Notes under the pieces: model-generated
What the model was told of the DNA's origin: nothing
The model's input: only the letters and a program-made list of their open reading frames with translations
Databases searched by the model: none
Made by a program: the position numbers and the translations under genes
Origin: Candidatus Magasanikbacteria bacterium UBA922
Lineage (GTDB): Bacteria > Patescibacteriota > Patescibacteriia > Magasanikbacterales > UBA922
Direction: 5' to 3'
DNA: 64,000 nucleotides
Assembly: GCA_002293825.1 (NCBI GenBank)
Contig: DBDW01000002.1
Coordinates: forward strand, 18,059 to 82,058
Part shown: positions 18,476 to 30,380 of the stretch, piece after piece
Position numbering within the stretch: position 1 is the stretch's first letter
How the letters are laid out: each line of letters starts with the position of its first letter

Positions 18476-19855
18476 ATGAAAATCCACTTCATCGGCATTT
18501 GCGGCGTAGCCATGGGAGGTCTCGCGCTCGCACTGAAAAAATCTGGTCATACAGTTACCGGCTCAGATAAAGGATTCTTTCCTCCAATTTCAACGTATCT
18601 GAAAGAACATAGTGTTCCCTATTATCCAGGCTGGCATCCTCTCAAAATGATCGAACACGGCACCCCTGACTTGGTCGTCGTGGGTAATGTGGCGTCTTCT
18701 ACCAATCCCGAATGGCTCTATGTACAAGAACATCAGATTCCGTATGTCTCCTATCCTGAGCTCATACAAAAATTCTTTCTAAAATCTCATTCTATTGTGT
18801 GTGCAGGAACGTATGGCAAGACCAGTTCGACGGCACTCATGGCAGAGATTTTGAGGGACGCCACTTACGATCCGAGCTACATGTTTGGCGGATTATCGAT
18901 CGACGGAGTACCAAGCGCTTCGATTGGATCTTCCGATTGGAGCGTCCTCGAAGGAGACGAATACAAAACAGCTCGATGGGACAACAGTCCAAAGTTTGCA
19001 CATTACAATGCCACTCATCTCCTACTCACTGCAGTAGAATGGGATCATGCAGACATTTACCCTACTGCAGAAAAATATGCAGAAACATTTGAAACACTTG
19101 TCCGGTCAATCCCCGTAAACGGCCTCTTGGTGCTATCTGAACGAGCGCACGAATATCATGACTATGCACAAAGTATGGTCGTGACCTACGGTCTCAGCGA
19201 ACACAATGATTACCAATTTTTTGACACACAAACATCATCATCAGGCATCACCTTCAAGATAAAACACCAATCTTCAGTATTTCACATCCAATCTCCTCTC
19301 CTGAGTGAATATCAAGCAGAAAATATTACTGGATGTTTCGCACTTGCTCATTCAATTGGAATTAATGCTGATTCAATTATTGCAAGTATTGCAAAACATC
19401 ACGGACTAAAACGACGAATGGAAAAACGATATGAAGGAGACATCACCGTAATTGACGATATTGCACATTCTCCCACCAAAGCAGCCTCAGCACTTGCAAC
19501 CATACGAAACATTACCGATGGAAAAGTTATTGCCGTATTCGAACCAAACACCGGCAATCGTCAACCGAGCGCAATCGAGGGATACGCACATGCATTCAAA
19601 GATGCAGACATCGTACTCATCCCTCGTCTCACTATTATTAAAACAGATAAAGCCGGAGGAGACGTCCCACTCACTGGTATTGATCTCGCACGCATTATTG
19701 GTAATACACATCCCAATGTGCACTATCATACTACTGACACAGCACTCATCACCACAATCATAGAGACTGCCAAAAGCGGAGACACCATTGCGTTTCTAGG
19801 AAGTCATGGATTTCGTGGAATGATCGAAGAAATCGTACGAAAGGTAAAAATATAA
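18476..19855 (+). CDS. murC: Mur ligase, MurC/Mpl family (UDP-N-acetylmuramate--L-alanine ligase or murein peptide ligase)
   Basis: N-terminal MKIHFIGICGVAMGGLALALKKSGHTVTGSD…FFPPISTYL. Central Mur ligase P-loop GTYGKTSSTALMAEIL, plus the C-terminal Mur ligase domain. Confidence 0.8.
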   Translation: MKIHFIGICGVAMGGLALALKKSGHTVTGSDKGFFPPISTYLKEHSVPYYPGWHPLKMIEHGTPDLVVVGNVASSTNPEWLYVQEHQIPYVSYPELIQKFFLKSHSIVCAGTYGKTSSTALMAEILRDATYDPSYMFGGLSIDGVPSASIGSSDWSVLEGDEYKTARWDNSPKFAHYNATHLLLTAVEWDHADIYPTAEKYAETFETLVRSIPVNGLLVLSERAHEYHDYAQSMVVTYGLSEHNDYQFFDTQTSSSGITFKIKHQSSVFHIQSPLLSEYQAENITGCFALAHSIGINADSIIASIAKHHGLKRRMEKRYEGDITVIDDIAHSPTKAASALATIRNITDGKVIAVFEPNTGNRQPSAIEGYAHAFKDADIVLIPRLTIIKTDKAGGDVPLTGIDLARIIGNTHPNVHYHTTDTALITTIIETAKSGDTIAFLGSHGFRGMIEEIVRKVKI

Positions 19856-19857
19856 CT

Positions 19858-20406
19858 ATGTCGATACCAGAACATGCTAAAAAAGTATTCACCGGACATA
19901 TCTTCGATGTCTATCACTGGGATCAAGAAATGTTTGACGGAAGTACTCAAACATTTGAAATGCTACGTCGTCAAGGCAGTGTGCAAATACTTCCCATTAT
20001 CGGAGATAAAATCATTATTGCCGAAGAAGAACAACCTAACCTATCAAAACGCTACGGACTAATCGGCGGACAAGTAGACGAAGGCGAAGATGCACATACC
20101 GCTGCAAAACGTGAAATGCTCGAAGAAATAGGCTATATTTCCAATGAATGGAAATTATTTCGTGAACGAAATCTATATACAAAAATAGACTGGACCGTCT
20201 CATGCTTTATTGCACAAAATGTACAAAAAAATATAGAGCCACAGCTTGATATTGGTGAACGGATCACCCCAATATTCGTCTCATTCGATGAATTCATGGA
20301 TGTGCTCATGCACGAGGATTTTCGATCAAAAGACTTGACGCTTGATATTCTCAAACTTCACTACCAAGGGAGACTGGAAGAATTTAAAAAGATGTTGTTT
20401 AACTAA
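19858..20406 (+). CDS. NUDIX hydrolase
   Basis: Nudix box GGQVDEGEDAHTAAKREMLEEIGY. Confidence 0.75.
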   Translation: MSIPEHAKKVFTGHIFDVYHWDQEMFDGSTQTFEMLRRQGSVQILPIIGDKIIIAEEEQPNLSKRYGLIGGQVDEGEDAHTAAKREMLEEIGYISNEWKLFRERNLYTKIDWTVSCFIAQNVQKNIEPQLDIGERITPIFVSFDEFMDVLMHEDFRSKDLTLDILKLHYQGRLEEFKKMLFN

Positions 20407-20409
20407 AAC

Positions 20410-20447
20410 AATGTAATTACCAACTTGCCGGAACATTACATTTTTTC
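20410..20447 (+). terminator. putative intrinsic terminator (aatgtaat…attacatt + T6) after the NUDIX gene
   Basis: 8-bp stem with a large loop, followed by tttttt. Confidence 0.35.
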
Positions 20448-20476
20448 ATTTCACGTAAATAGTAGTATCTGGCAAG

Positions 20477-20513
20477 CAAAAAAACGTCATCCCCGCTTTC
20501 GCAGGAATGACGT
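20477..20513 (-). terminator. intrinsic terminator (minus orientation) after the LysW-like gene
   Basis: Stem acgtcat/atgacgt enclosing ccccgctttcgcagg. On the minus strand it is followed by ttttttt. Confidence 0.5.
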
Positions 20514-20529
20514 AATAGACAAACCGAGT

Positions 20530-20697
20530 TTATTTCCCCTCATCCACAATTTCCGCCAAAACTTCACCCGCACTGTCGATATTGGTAATCATAAGTGTGA
20601 TACCACAGGTCTCGCACTCAATAATCTGATCTACTACCAGATTAGGATAGAGTGACAAATCGACATGATTTTTACATTCTAGACAGGTAAGAGTCAT
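20530..20697 (-). CDS. LysW/ArgW-like zinc-ribbon protein (55 aa)
   Basis: MTLTCLECKNHVDLSLYPNLVVDQIIECETCGITLMITNIDSAGEVLAEIVDEGK fits the LysW pattern (TCxxC…GExxxCxxCGxxLxV) plus an acidic tail, but it ends in K rather than the canonical …EDWGE. The internal ATG at 20695-20697 is taken as the start; the longer N-terminal extension looks non-coding. Confidence 0.45.
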   Translation of the reverse strand: MTLTCLECKNHVDLSLYPNLVVDQIIECETCGITLMITNIDSAGEVLAEIVDEGK

Positions 20698-20765
20698 ACA
20701 TGATAGGGTATTATAATTAAGGAATGAAAAAACTATAACACGATATTTTTTCCTCGTCAAAAAAT

Positions 20766-21650
20766 ATGAAGACTCCACAACAATCTTATCAACAACTAAA
20801 CGATGCATTGGGAATTGAAATATATCTCAAACGTGAAGATCTCCATGCCTATGGTTCGCACAAAGGACGTTCGATCCCACACATGATCGAATACTATGCA
20901 AAAAAACAAAACCAATCATCATTCGTCATCTCGTCTTCGGGCAATGCGGCACGCGCGGCAATAAAATATGTGGTACTGCACAACCGAAATAATCCGACAC
21001 ACATCCTAACGCTCGAAGTCTATATCGGAAAAAAAATATCAGAAGAAAAACGGACCATTCTCGAAGCGGAGCGTGAAGGAGACCCACATATCACGATCAC
21101 TGAGACCGAACGCCCCAAACAAGAAGCATTTACCAAAGAAAAATCAGGTGAAGCCATAAATCTGAGACAATCTACCGACGACACAGCACTCGAAGGATAC
21201 TACGAACTTGGAAAAGAGCTTTCACATATTCCGAATCTTTCTGCAATTTTTATACCAACATCATCAGGAACTACCGCACAAGCACTTGGCACTTTTTTTG
21301 AAAAAAATAAATTACACCCTCAAATCCATAGTGTACAAACCGAAGCATGTCACCCAATCGCAGCATTCTTTGATACTGATTTCACCAAAACCACCTCATC
21401 GCTCGCACAAGCGATTGTCGACAACGTAGCTCACCGAAAAAACAATGTAATAGATGCAATACAAAAATCAAAAGGATCAGGCTGGGTAGCAACTGATACG
21501 GAAATACACGATGCAATCAATCTAATTAAAGATACGTGTAGTATTATCATCTCACCTACTGCAGCCCTATCGGTCGCAGGGCTCACAAAAGCACTCAAAA
21601 AAGGCTGGAAATTTGATGGTCCTGTGGTATGTCTTATTACAGGAATGTAA
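20766..21650 (+). CDS. fold-type II PLP-dependent enzyme (CysK/threonine-dehydratase/ACC-deaminase-like)
   Basis: PLP-lysine context LKREDLHAYGSHKGR and Gly-loop SSSGNAARA. 294 aa. Confidence 0.6.
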   Translation: MKTPQQSYQQLNDALGIEIYLKREDLHAYGSHKGRSIPHMIEYYAKKQNQSSFVISSSGNAARAAIKYVVLHNRNNPTHILTLEVYIGKKISEEKRTILEAEREGDPHITITETERPKQEAFTKEKSGEAINLRQSTDDTALEGYYELGKELSHIPNLSAIFIPTSSGTTAQALGTFFEKNKLHPQIHSVQTEACHPIAAFFDTDFTKTTSSLAQAIVDNVAHRKNNVIDAIQKSKGSGWVATDTEIHDAINLIKDTCSIIISPTAALSVAGLTKALKKGWKFDGPVVCLITGM

Positions 21651-21666
21651 TTGATATTTTTTGCCT

Positions 21667-24471
<2,805 letters not shown>

Positions 24472-24494
24472 GAGCTTCTTTTAAAAAGATAGTT

Positions 24495-24845
24495 GAACGG
24501 GCTGCCATAAGGAAGCCCGCCCTGAATCGAAAAGTGCCCGTCTTCAGCGAGACTTTTTCAGTACACGCTCATGCTGTGCAGGCAATCGACCACTGGCCGA
24601 ACTCTGCCTCCGACTGCGACTTCTCCGCGACCATTGCTGGGCAGGATGACGACGTGTCCGTATGCCACAGCGAGCACGATCCTGCTTAGCGCACCGACCA
24701 GCATGTTCTTTCTCTCGTTCACCAGGTCGAAGCTGTCTTCGTCCCGGGCCAGGAGGTACCCAGCAGAGCTGGGTCCACAGACCGATGACACACACCGAGA
24801 TAAACATGAGAGACCTCCGATTCTTGGTGTTGGAACAAGGAACTA
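24495..24845. other. GC-rich island (~350 bp, clearly >55% GC in a ~38% GC background): candidate structured ncRNA or remnant of foreign DNA
   Basis: Four mutually overlapping ORFs on both strands encode Arg/Pro-rich junk, typical of non-coding GC-rich sequence. Local hairpins are present (gggct…agccc; ccagcagagctgg). A short ACCAGGUC element weakly resembles SRP-RNA domain IV. No convincing RNase P, tmRNA or SRP consensus could be aligned by eye. Confidence 0.35.
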
Positions 24846-24936
24846 GAAAATATACTATAAAACAGTATTCAAAAAGTCAACTCTCTTGTGGTATTCAGAT
24901 ATCTTGGTTACAATACAGTTATCTAAACAATCCGCT

Positions 24937-25347
24937 ATGTATCTTCCAGAAAAAACAATCATGGCATCAGGTCCTGTCATTATTGAGAAGGATAAAGTTT
25001 TGCTCAATAAAGAGAAAAAAACAGATGGAAAAATTACACCGTGGCTTTTCCCCGGTGGCAAAGTCGAGTCGTTTGATATCTCACTTGAAGAAGCATGCAA
25101 ACGAGAAGTGATGGAAGAAATGGGGCTGGAAATAGAAATCATACGTCCACTCAAGCCCATGATTATCACTCGCCCGGACCAGCCAGACAAAATGGCGATC
25201 CTCATCCACTATCTTGCAACCCGAACCGGTGATATACAGCCAGGCGAAGGGATTGTTGAATGGAATTGGTTCGATATCAACACTCTACCCGAAGATTGCG
25301 CACCAAATGTAAAAGCAGTGATTGAAGAATATAAAAATAATGTATAA
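24937..25347 (+). CDS. NUDIX hydrolase
   Basis: Nudix box GGKVESFDISLEEACKREVMEEMGLEIEI. The start was placed at MYLPEKT (24937); the longer ORF-track start lies in the GC-rich non-coding island. Confidence 0.7.
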   Translation: MYLPEKTIMASGPVIIEKDKVLLNKEKKTDGKITPWLFPGGKVESFDISLEEACKREVMEEMGLEIEIIRPLKPMIITRPDQPDKMAILIHYLATRTGDIQPGEGIVEWNWFDINTLPEDCAPNVKAVIEEYKNNV

Positions 25348-25437
25348 ATCACATTATATCTTTTTCCATGTATTTTGTATGTTATAAGATTACTCTAGCA
25401 CCATTACACACAGCTTATAACTCACATCTTCTTCGTT

Positions 25438-26688
25438 ATGAACAAACAACCTATCAAAACCTTCGATTCTTCCCTATTCCAGGCTCTGGAAAAAGAACGT
25501 AACCGCCAGGAATCAGGGCTTGAAATGATTCCGTCGGAAAACTTCGTCTCGCTCGCAGTCCTTGAAGCCTTGGGATCAATTGCCACCAATAAATATTCTG
25601 AAGGTTACCCCGGCAAACGATATTATGGTGGATGCGAATTTATCGATGAGATAGAAACACTCGCGATTGACCGAGCCAAACAATTATTTGATGCAGAGCA
25701 CGTAAATGTACAGCCCCTGTCTGGTGCACCTGCAAATATTGCAGTCTATTTCGGATTACTGAAACCAGGTGACACAATCCTCGGAATGGATCTGGCACAC
25801 GGGGGACATCTGACACATGGACACCCCGTTACACACATGACCAAAGTATTCAATTTTATCAGATACAAAACAAACGAGGCAGGAAAAATCGACCTCGACA
25901 ATCTTCGAGCAATGGCGATTGAACACAAGCCCAAAATGATTCTCGTAGGCTATAGTGCATACTCCCGAGAAATTGATTATGCTGCAGTAAAATCTATTGC
26001 AGATGAAGTAGGAGCACTTACGATGGCAGACATTGCGCACATTGCAGGGCTTATTGCCGGCGGAGAAATGAATAACCCAGTTCCCCTGTTTGACGTAGTG
26101 ACAACTACCACGCACAAGACACTCAGAGGTCCTCGTGGTGGTATGATCATGTGCAAACGTGAACACGCAAAAGCGATCGACAAATCAGTATTCCCCGGTT
26201 TCCAGGGCGGTCCGCATGAAAATAATATTGCGGCAAAGGCTATCGCATTCAAAGAAGCTCTTGAACCCTCGTTCAAGGAATACGCGAAGCAAATCAGAAA
26301 AAATGCAAAAGTACTGGAAACAGAATTCACTGCTAAAAACTATCGCCTCATGTTTGGCGGCACTGACAATCATTTGTTATTGATCGATGCAGTCATAAGT
26401 AAAGGAATCAGCGGAGCTGAAGCTGAAGCAGCACTCGATAAAGCAGGAATCACCGTAAACAAAAACATGATTCCCGAAGACACCCGATCCGCCATGGATC
26501 CGAGCGGCATTCGTCTCGGCACTCCGGCTCTCACTACGAGAGGATTCAAAGAATCAGAAATGAAAACAGTCGCGGAATTGATCGATCGAGTCCTCAACAA
26601 CTCGACAAATGATTCAGTACTCTCTGAAATCAAGGCTGAAGTAAAAAAACTTACCGAACAATTTCCACTATATCCTGAATTGGCGTAA
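25438..26688 (+). CDS. glyA: serine hydroxymethyltransferase
   Basis: 416 aa. SHMT motifs present: LEMIPSENF…, VVTTTTHKTLRGPRGGMI (PLP-lysine region). Confidence 0.95.
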   Translation: MNKQPIKTFDSSLFQALEKERNRQESGLEMIPSENFVSLAVLEALGSIATNKYSEGYPGKRYYGGCEFIDEIETLAIDRAKQLFDAEHVNVQPLSGAPANIAVYFGLLKPGDTILGMDLAHGGHLTHGHPVTHMTKVFNFIRYKTNEAGKIDLDNLRAMAIEHKPKMILVGYSAYSREIDYAAVKSIADEVGALTMADIAHIAGLIAGGEMNNPVPLFDVVTTTTHKTLRGPRGGMIMCKREHAKAIDKSVFPGFQGGPHENNIAAKAIAFKEALEPSFKEYAKQIRKNAKVLETEFTAKNYRLMFGGTDNHLLLIDAVISKGISGAEAEAALDKAGITVNKNMIPEDTRSAMDPSGIRLGTPALTTRGFKESEMKTVAELIDRVLNNSTNDSVLSEIKAEVKKLTEQFPLYPELA

Positions 26689-26696
26689 TTTTTCAT

Positions 26697-27134
26697 ATGC
26701 CCACCTACATCACCCATTCAACCCACGAAACACGAGCGATCGGAAAAGATCTGGCAAAAATACTCCAGGGAGGTGATATCCTCATTCTCAAAGGGCCCTT
26801 GGGTGCTGGAAAAACTGCATTTACCAAAGGCATTGCAGAAGGGCTCGGTATTACCAAAGAGGTAACCAGTCCCACCTTTACCATTATGAGTGTTTATGAA
26901 GTTCCCGGTCATGACACTATCAAAGAATTCGTCCATGTAGATACCTATCGAGTAGAATCATACGAAGAATTACTCGAAATTGGATTCGATGAGTATCTGG
27001 GAAAACAAGATACCATTACCATTATCGAATGGCCGGAAAAAGTAGAAAAATTACTTGAAAATAGAAAACTAGTTGTCATTACGTTTGCCGCAGGAACCAC
27101 AACTGAGAGAACAATTACGATTGAAAAGGATTAA
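26697..27134 (+). CDS. tsaE: tRNA threonylcarbamoyladenosine biosynthesis ATPase TsaE (YjeE)
   Basis: P-loop LKGPLGAGKTAFTKGIAEGLGI plus the conserved TsaE core. 145 aa. Confidence 0.85.
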   Translation: MPTYITHSTHETRAIGKDLAKILQGGDILILKGPLGAGKTAFTKGIAEGLGITKEVTSPTFTIMSVYEVPGHDTIKEFVHVDTYRVESYEELLEIGFDEYLGKQDTITIIEWPEKVEKLLENRKLVVITFAAGTTTERTITIEKD

Positions 27135-27859
27135 TAAATAGAATCAGACTCTTTATTTAAAAAAGTTAATAACAGAGGATTTATTTTAACTCTTCCTGCA
27201 TCTGCTAATCCAATACCTGTCACTTCTTTAAAGAGACTAAAAGTAATTTTAAAAATATAAAGTGCCTCTTTCTTTTCGTCTTGCGAGTTATTTGACCATG
27301 CATGCAAATATTTTTTCCGACTAGTTTTTATTTTATTAAACCATTCTTTCTGAATATCAGTAATAAGTCCAAAGGCTGTCAAAATTTCTAATTTACGTTC
27401 TTGACCTAAATTTTCAAATGTCATATTAAACAGCTGTTCTTCTTGCTTCTTTGAGATAGTTTGTCCTTTTAATTTTACGTTATTAATTTTCCACATAAGT
27501 ATTGCAAGCATTTCTCCTACAACACCACAACAAGCTATAACAGCCAAATAATTACCCAGACAATAATTAATTTTAGCAAGCCGTAATGGATTGAGTAATC
27601 GATCCGATACTTCTTTAGAGTGCGGAACAATAAAACTATGGGATTCTTTAGTAGTCACCTCAACATATCGCTTCAAAATTTTTTCAGAAAGCGCAGACGC
27701 AGGTAATTCAAAAAATGATTCTAAAATAGTCCGATTAATTTCATGATTAGTACCTTTCACTAATTTTGGATCTAAAATTTTTGATATATCCTCTTTTTTT
27801 AAAAAAGGTCCAAAAAAGTTTATTTTTACATTTACTCGACTGTCCATAGAATATACCAA
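27131..27859 (-). CDS. hypothetical protein encoded by a conspicuously AT-rich gene
   Basis: 242 aa with one central hydrophobic segment (YLAVIACCGVVGEMLAILMW). The gene looks ~30% GC versus ~40% in flanking genes. Its stop overlaps the tsaE stop (convergent), and its start lies 2 nt from the rarA stop. Confidence 0.45.
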   Translation of the reverse strand: MVYSMDSRVNVKINFFGPFLKKEDISKILDPKLVKGTNHEINRTILESFFELPASALSEKILKRYVEVTTKESHSFIVPHSKEVSDRLLNPLRLAKINYCLGNYLAVIACCGVVGEMLAILMWKINNVKLKGQTISKKQEEQLFNMTFENLGQERKLEILTAFGLITDIQKEWFNKIKTSRKKYLHAWSNNSQDEKKEALYIFKITFSLFKEVTGIGLADAGRVKINPLLLTFLNKESDSIY

Positions 27860-27861
27860 AG

Positions 27862-29124
27862 TTATTTCCCAAAATAATCTCTTCCTCGCAATTCATCCGG
27901 TAAATATTCCTGCTCCACCACCCCTTCATAATCAGGATTGTACTTATAATCTTTCCCATATCCGATATTCTTCATAAGCTTGGTCGGAGCATTTCGGAGA
28001 TGTAGAGGAACACCCCTATGCGACGTCTCCCGCGCATCTGCCGCAGCACGCCCATATGCCCGATACAATGCGTTTGATTTCTTCGATTTAGCGCAATACA
28101 CGACCGCCTGGGCGAGGTGCACAGTGCACTCCGGCATCCCGATCTTATGCACCGCATCATACGCCGCATTTGCCTGGATCAATGCCTCACTATTTGCCAT
28201 ACCAATATCTTCGCTTGCAAATCGAAGTACCCGACGTGCGACATACAAAGGGTCAGCACCACCCTCCAGCATTCGTGCAAGCCAATACAAACTCGCATTT
28301 GCATCACTTCCCCGCATAGATTTATGTAATGCGGAAATCAGATTGTAAAACTCTTCACCTTTTTTATCAAAAATAACATGGGTCCGTTGCAAAGCCTCAC
28401 GAATATCTTTTTCACTCACGATAATTTTAGTTTGTTTGTTCCCTGAGCTCTGTTTCGCACGATACGCAAGCTCGAGTGCATTAAGTGCCACTCTAGCATC
28501 TCCTCCCGACATTTCTGCAATATAATCTACCACCCCACTTTCAAGTTTTATATTTTCCTCACCAAGTCCCCGTTCTCGATCATGCAATGCCCTCTCAACA
28601 ATCTCAATGATATGACGCTCTTCCAAGCGTTCAAGTATACAAACACGAGTTCTTGAAAGCAGAGGAGAAATAATCTCAAAGGACGGATTTTCAGTTGTCG
28701 CACCAATGAGAATGAGTGCTCCACGCTCAACATGTGGCAAGAGCGCATCCTGTTGTGCTTTGTTCCAGCGATGAATTTCATCAACAAAAAGGATCGTCTT
28801 CTTTCCATCCTCCATAAATCGCTTCTCTGCTTCATCTACTGCATCAGTAAGTGCCTTCTTCCCACCTTCCACAGCTGAGATGGTTACAAACGGTAAATCA
28901 GCAACCTCTGAAATAAGCATGGCAAAACTCGTTTTCCCCACTCCCGGAGGTCCCCAAAGCATCATCGACAATACCTCTCCTCGCTCGATCATGGAACGAA
29001 GTACTGAATCCTTACCTGTCAATTGTTCCTGTCCTACGTATTCATCAAAATTTCTGGGACGCATGCGATATGCGAGTGGTTCACGTATATTGTTTTTATT
29101 TTGTAAATCCATACTAACCAGCAA
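27862..29124 (-). CDS. rarA: replication-associated recombination protein A (RarA/MgsA AAA+ ATPase)
   Basis: Walker A MMLWGPPGVGKTSFAML. Walker B ILFVDEIHRWNK. RarA C-terminal helical domain present. Confidence 0.9.
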   Translation of the reverse strand: MLVSMDLQNKNNIREPLAYRMRPRNFDEYVGQEQLTGKDSVLRSMIERGEVLSMMLWGPPGVGKTSFAMLISEVADLPFVTISAVEGGKKALTDAVDEAEKRFMEDGKKTILFVDEIHRWNKAQQDALLPHVERGALILIGATTENPSFEIISPLLSRTRVCILERLEERHIIEIVERALHDRERGLGEENIKLESGVVDYIAEMSGGDARVALNALELAYRAKQSSGNKQTKIIVSEKDIREALQRTHVIFDKKGEEFYNLISALHKSMRGSDANASLYWLARMLEGGADPLYVARRVLRFASEDIGMANSEALIQANAAYDAVHKIGMPECTVHLAQAVVYCAKSKKSNALYRAYGRAAADARETSHRGVPLHLRNAPTKLMKNIGYGKDYKYNPDYEGVVEQEYLPDELRGRDYFGK

Positions 29125-29134
29125 ACCAGACTAC

Positions 29135-30229
29135 TTACTTCACTCCAAACCAAAACGCATACAACTTCCGAGCAACAGACTCCTTGAGGCGTGCCCACCA
29201 CCCTCGTCTATTCCACCGATCATGATCCAATTCATCAGCCTCACCAATCCATTTTTCAAGCACGCGCTTGATCCGCGCAACAGTCTTCTTATCGCTCAAT
29301 CGCACATTCACCTCCTGATTATACTTAAAGCTAGAATGCTCGAGATTACTCGTACCTACAAATGCAAACTCATCATCGACCACCACGCCTTTGCCATGCA
29401 TCATTTTTTTGGTCAAATGGATATTCACTCCAAGTTTTTTCATAACAGAAAACCACGCATACGCAGCGTACGTTGCAAGACGCACATCAGTACGAAATGG
29501 AATCAATAAATCCACCTTTACTTTACGTTTACGTGCTGTCCAGAGTGCATGCAAAAATTGTTTATCCGGAAAATAATACGGTGAAAACAAAATCACTCGT
29601 TCACGAGCCTTATAAATCGCTTCGAGATATTTATTTCTAATCCGAGAACCAGTTCGATCGATATCGTCAAAAACCACATCAAATACATCTTTACGCACTC
29701 GATATCGGTAACTCAATAAATGTCGCACACTTTGTCGATCTCCGCCACAGATAATATACGTTTTTGCAAACGATCGAGACAGCGAACGGACTGCTTTACC
29801 CGTAATCTCGACCACGAGATCATCCCATGTTTCCATATCTTTCGCGACATTCACTCCACCGACAAATCCAATCTTCTCATCAACTACCAAAATCTTACGA
29901 TGTGTCCGGCGAGTAATCCATTCTCGAAAATGAAAAATTGGATGTCGCTGTGGACGAAATATACGGATATCAATACCACATTTTCGAAGCTCATCAATCT
30001 TCTTACTGGAAAACCAAAAACTACCCCAATAATCAAGGATAATGCGTACATCCACCCCCTGCCGTGCTTTCTCCATCAAAACCTCAAAAAAACGCTTTCC
30101 CGCATCATCATCAACCAGAATATACATCTCCCAATAGATAGACCGAGTAGCGCCCTGCATAGCCAGAAGCATGGCTTCCCATGCTTCTTTGGTAGTATGA
30201 TAAATATTGTAGGTAGGATTCTCAGCCAT
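29135..30229 (-). CDS. phospholipase D-family protein (cardiolipin synthase-like)
   Basis: Two HKD motifs: HRKILVVDEKIGFVGGVN and HGKGVVVDDEFAFVGTSN. Confidence 0.8.
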   Translation of the reverse strand: MAENPTYNIYHTTKEAWEAMLLAMQGATRSIYWEMYILVDDDAGKRFFEVLMEKARQGVDVRIILDYWGSFWFSSKKIDELRKCGIDIRIFRPQRHPIFHFREWITRRTHRKILVVDEKIGFVGGVNVAKDMETWDDLVVEITGKAVRSLSRSFAKTYIICGGDRQSVRHLLSYRYRVRKDVFDVVFDDIDRTGSRIRNKYLEAIYKARERVILFSPYYFPDKQFLHALWTARKRKVKVDLLIPFRTDVRLATYAAYAWFSVMKKLGVNIHLTKKMMHGKGVVVDDEFAFVGTSNLEHSSFKYNQEVNVRLSDKKTVARIKRVLEKWIGEADELDHDRWNRRGWWARLKESVARKLYAFWFGVK

Positions 30230-30380
30230 AAAAAGTTCGGAGCTAATAGCGAGAAAGTTCAGAGTGAATACAAATTCGTATTTTCTTGTATTTTTAAACT
30301 TATTCTCTCATATATACCGTACCACTCTTTTCACTTCCAATCAACCCCAACCGTACCACCCTGTCACTCCTGAATCTTGG

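Noticed and set aside
20530-20697. Interpreting the zinc-ribbon protein as a bona fide lysine/arginine-biosynthesis LysW
   Set aside because: The C-terminal Glu needed to tether the substrate is absent (ends …DEGK), and no adjacent LysX/ArgX, LysZ, LysY or LysJ genes are present. Kept only as a LysW-like fold.
20698-20808. Long form (92 aa) of the LysW-like ORF
   Set aside because: The N-terminal 37 residues are hydrophobic and low-complexity and overlap the start region of the divergent PLP-enzyme gene. The zinc-ribbon domain begins exactly at the internal Met.
24495-24845. Assigning the GC-rich island specifically to RNase P RNA, tmRNA or SRP RNA
   Set aside because: Partial resemblances were found (GGGCAGG; GUCCAC-ACAGA; ACCAGGUC), but their order and pairing partners do not match the RNase P P4/CR layout or SRP helix 8. 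No tRNA-like 3' end for tmRNA was found. It is left as unclassified, pending a covariance-model scan.
24544-25111. Four overlapping ORFs (24544-24807 -, 24558-24791 -, 24571-24846 +, 24662-25111 +) as protein-coding genes
   Set aside because: They overlap each other on both strands inside the GC-rich island and encode Arg/Pro/Ser-rich low-complexity sequence with no motifs. This is typical spurious-ORF behaviour in GC-rich non-coding DNA. Only the 3' part of the 24662-25111 region belongs to a real gene, the NUDIX ORF in another frame, called from 24937.
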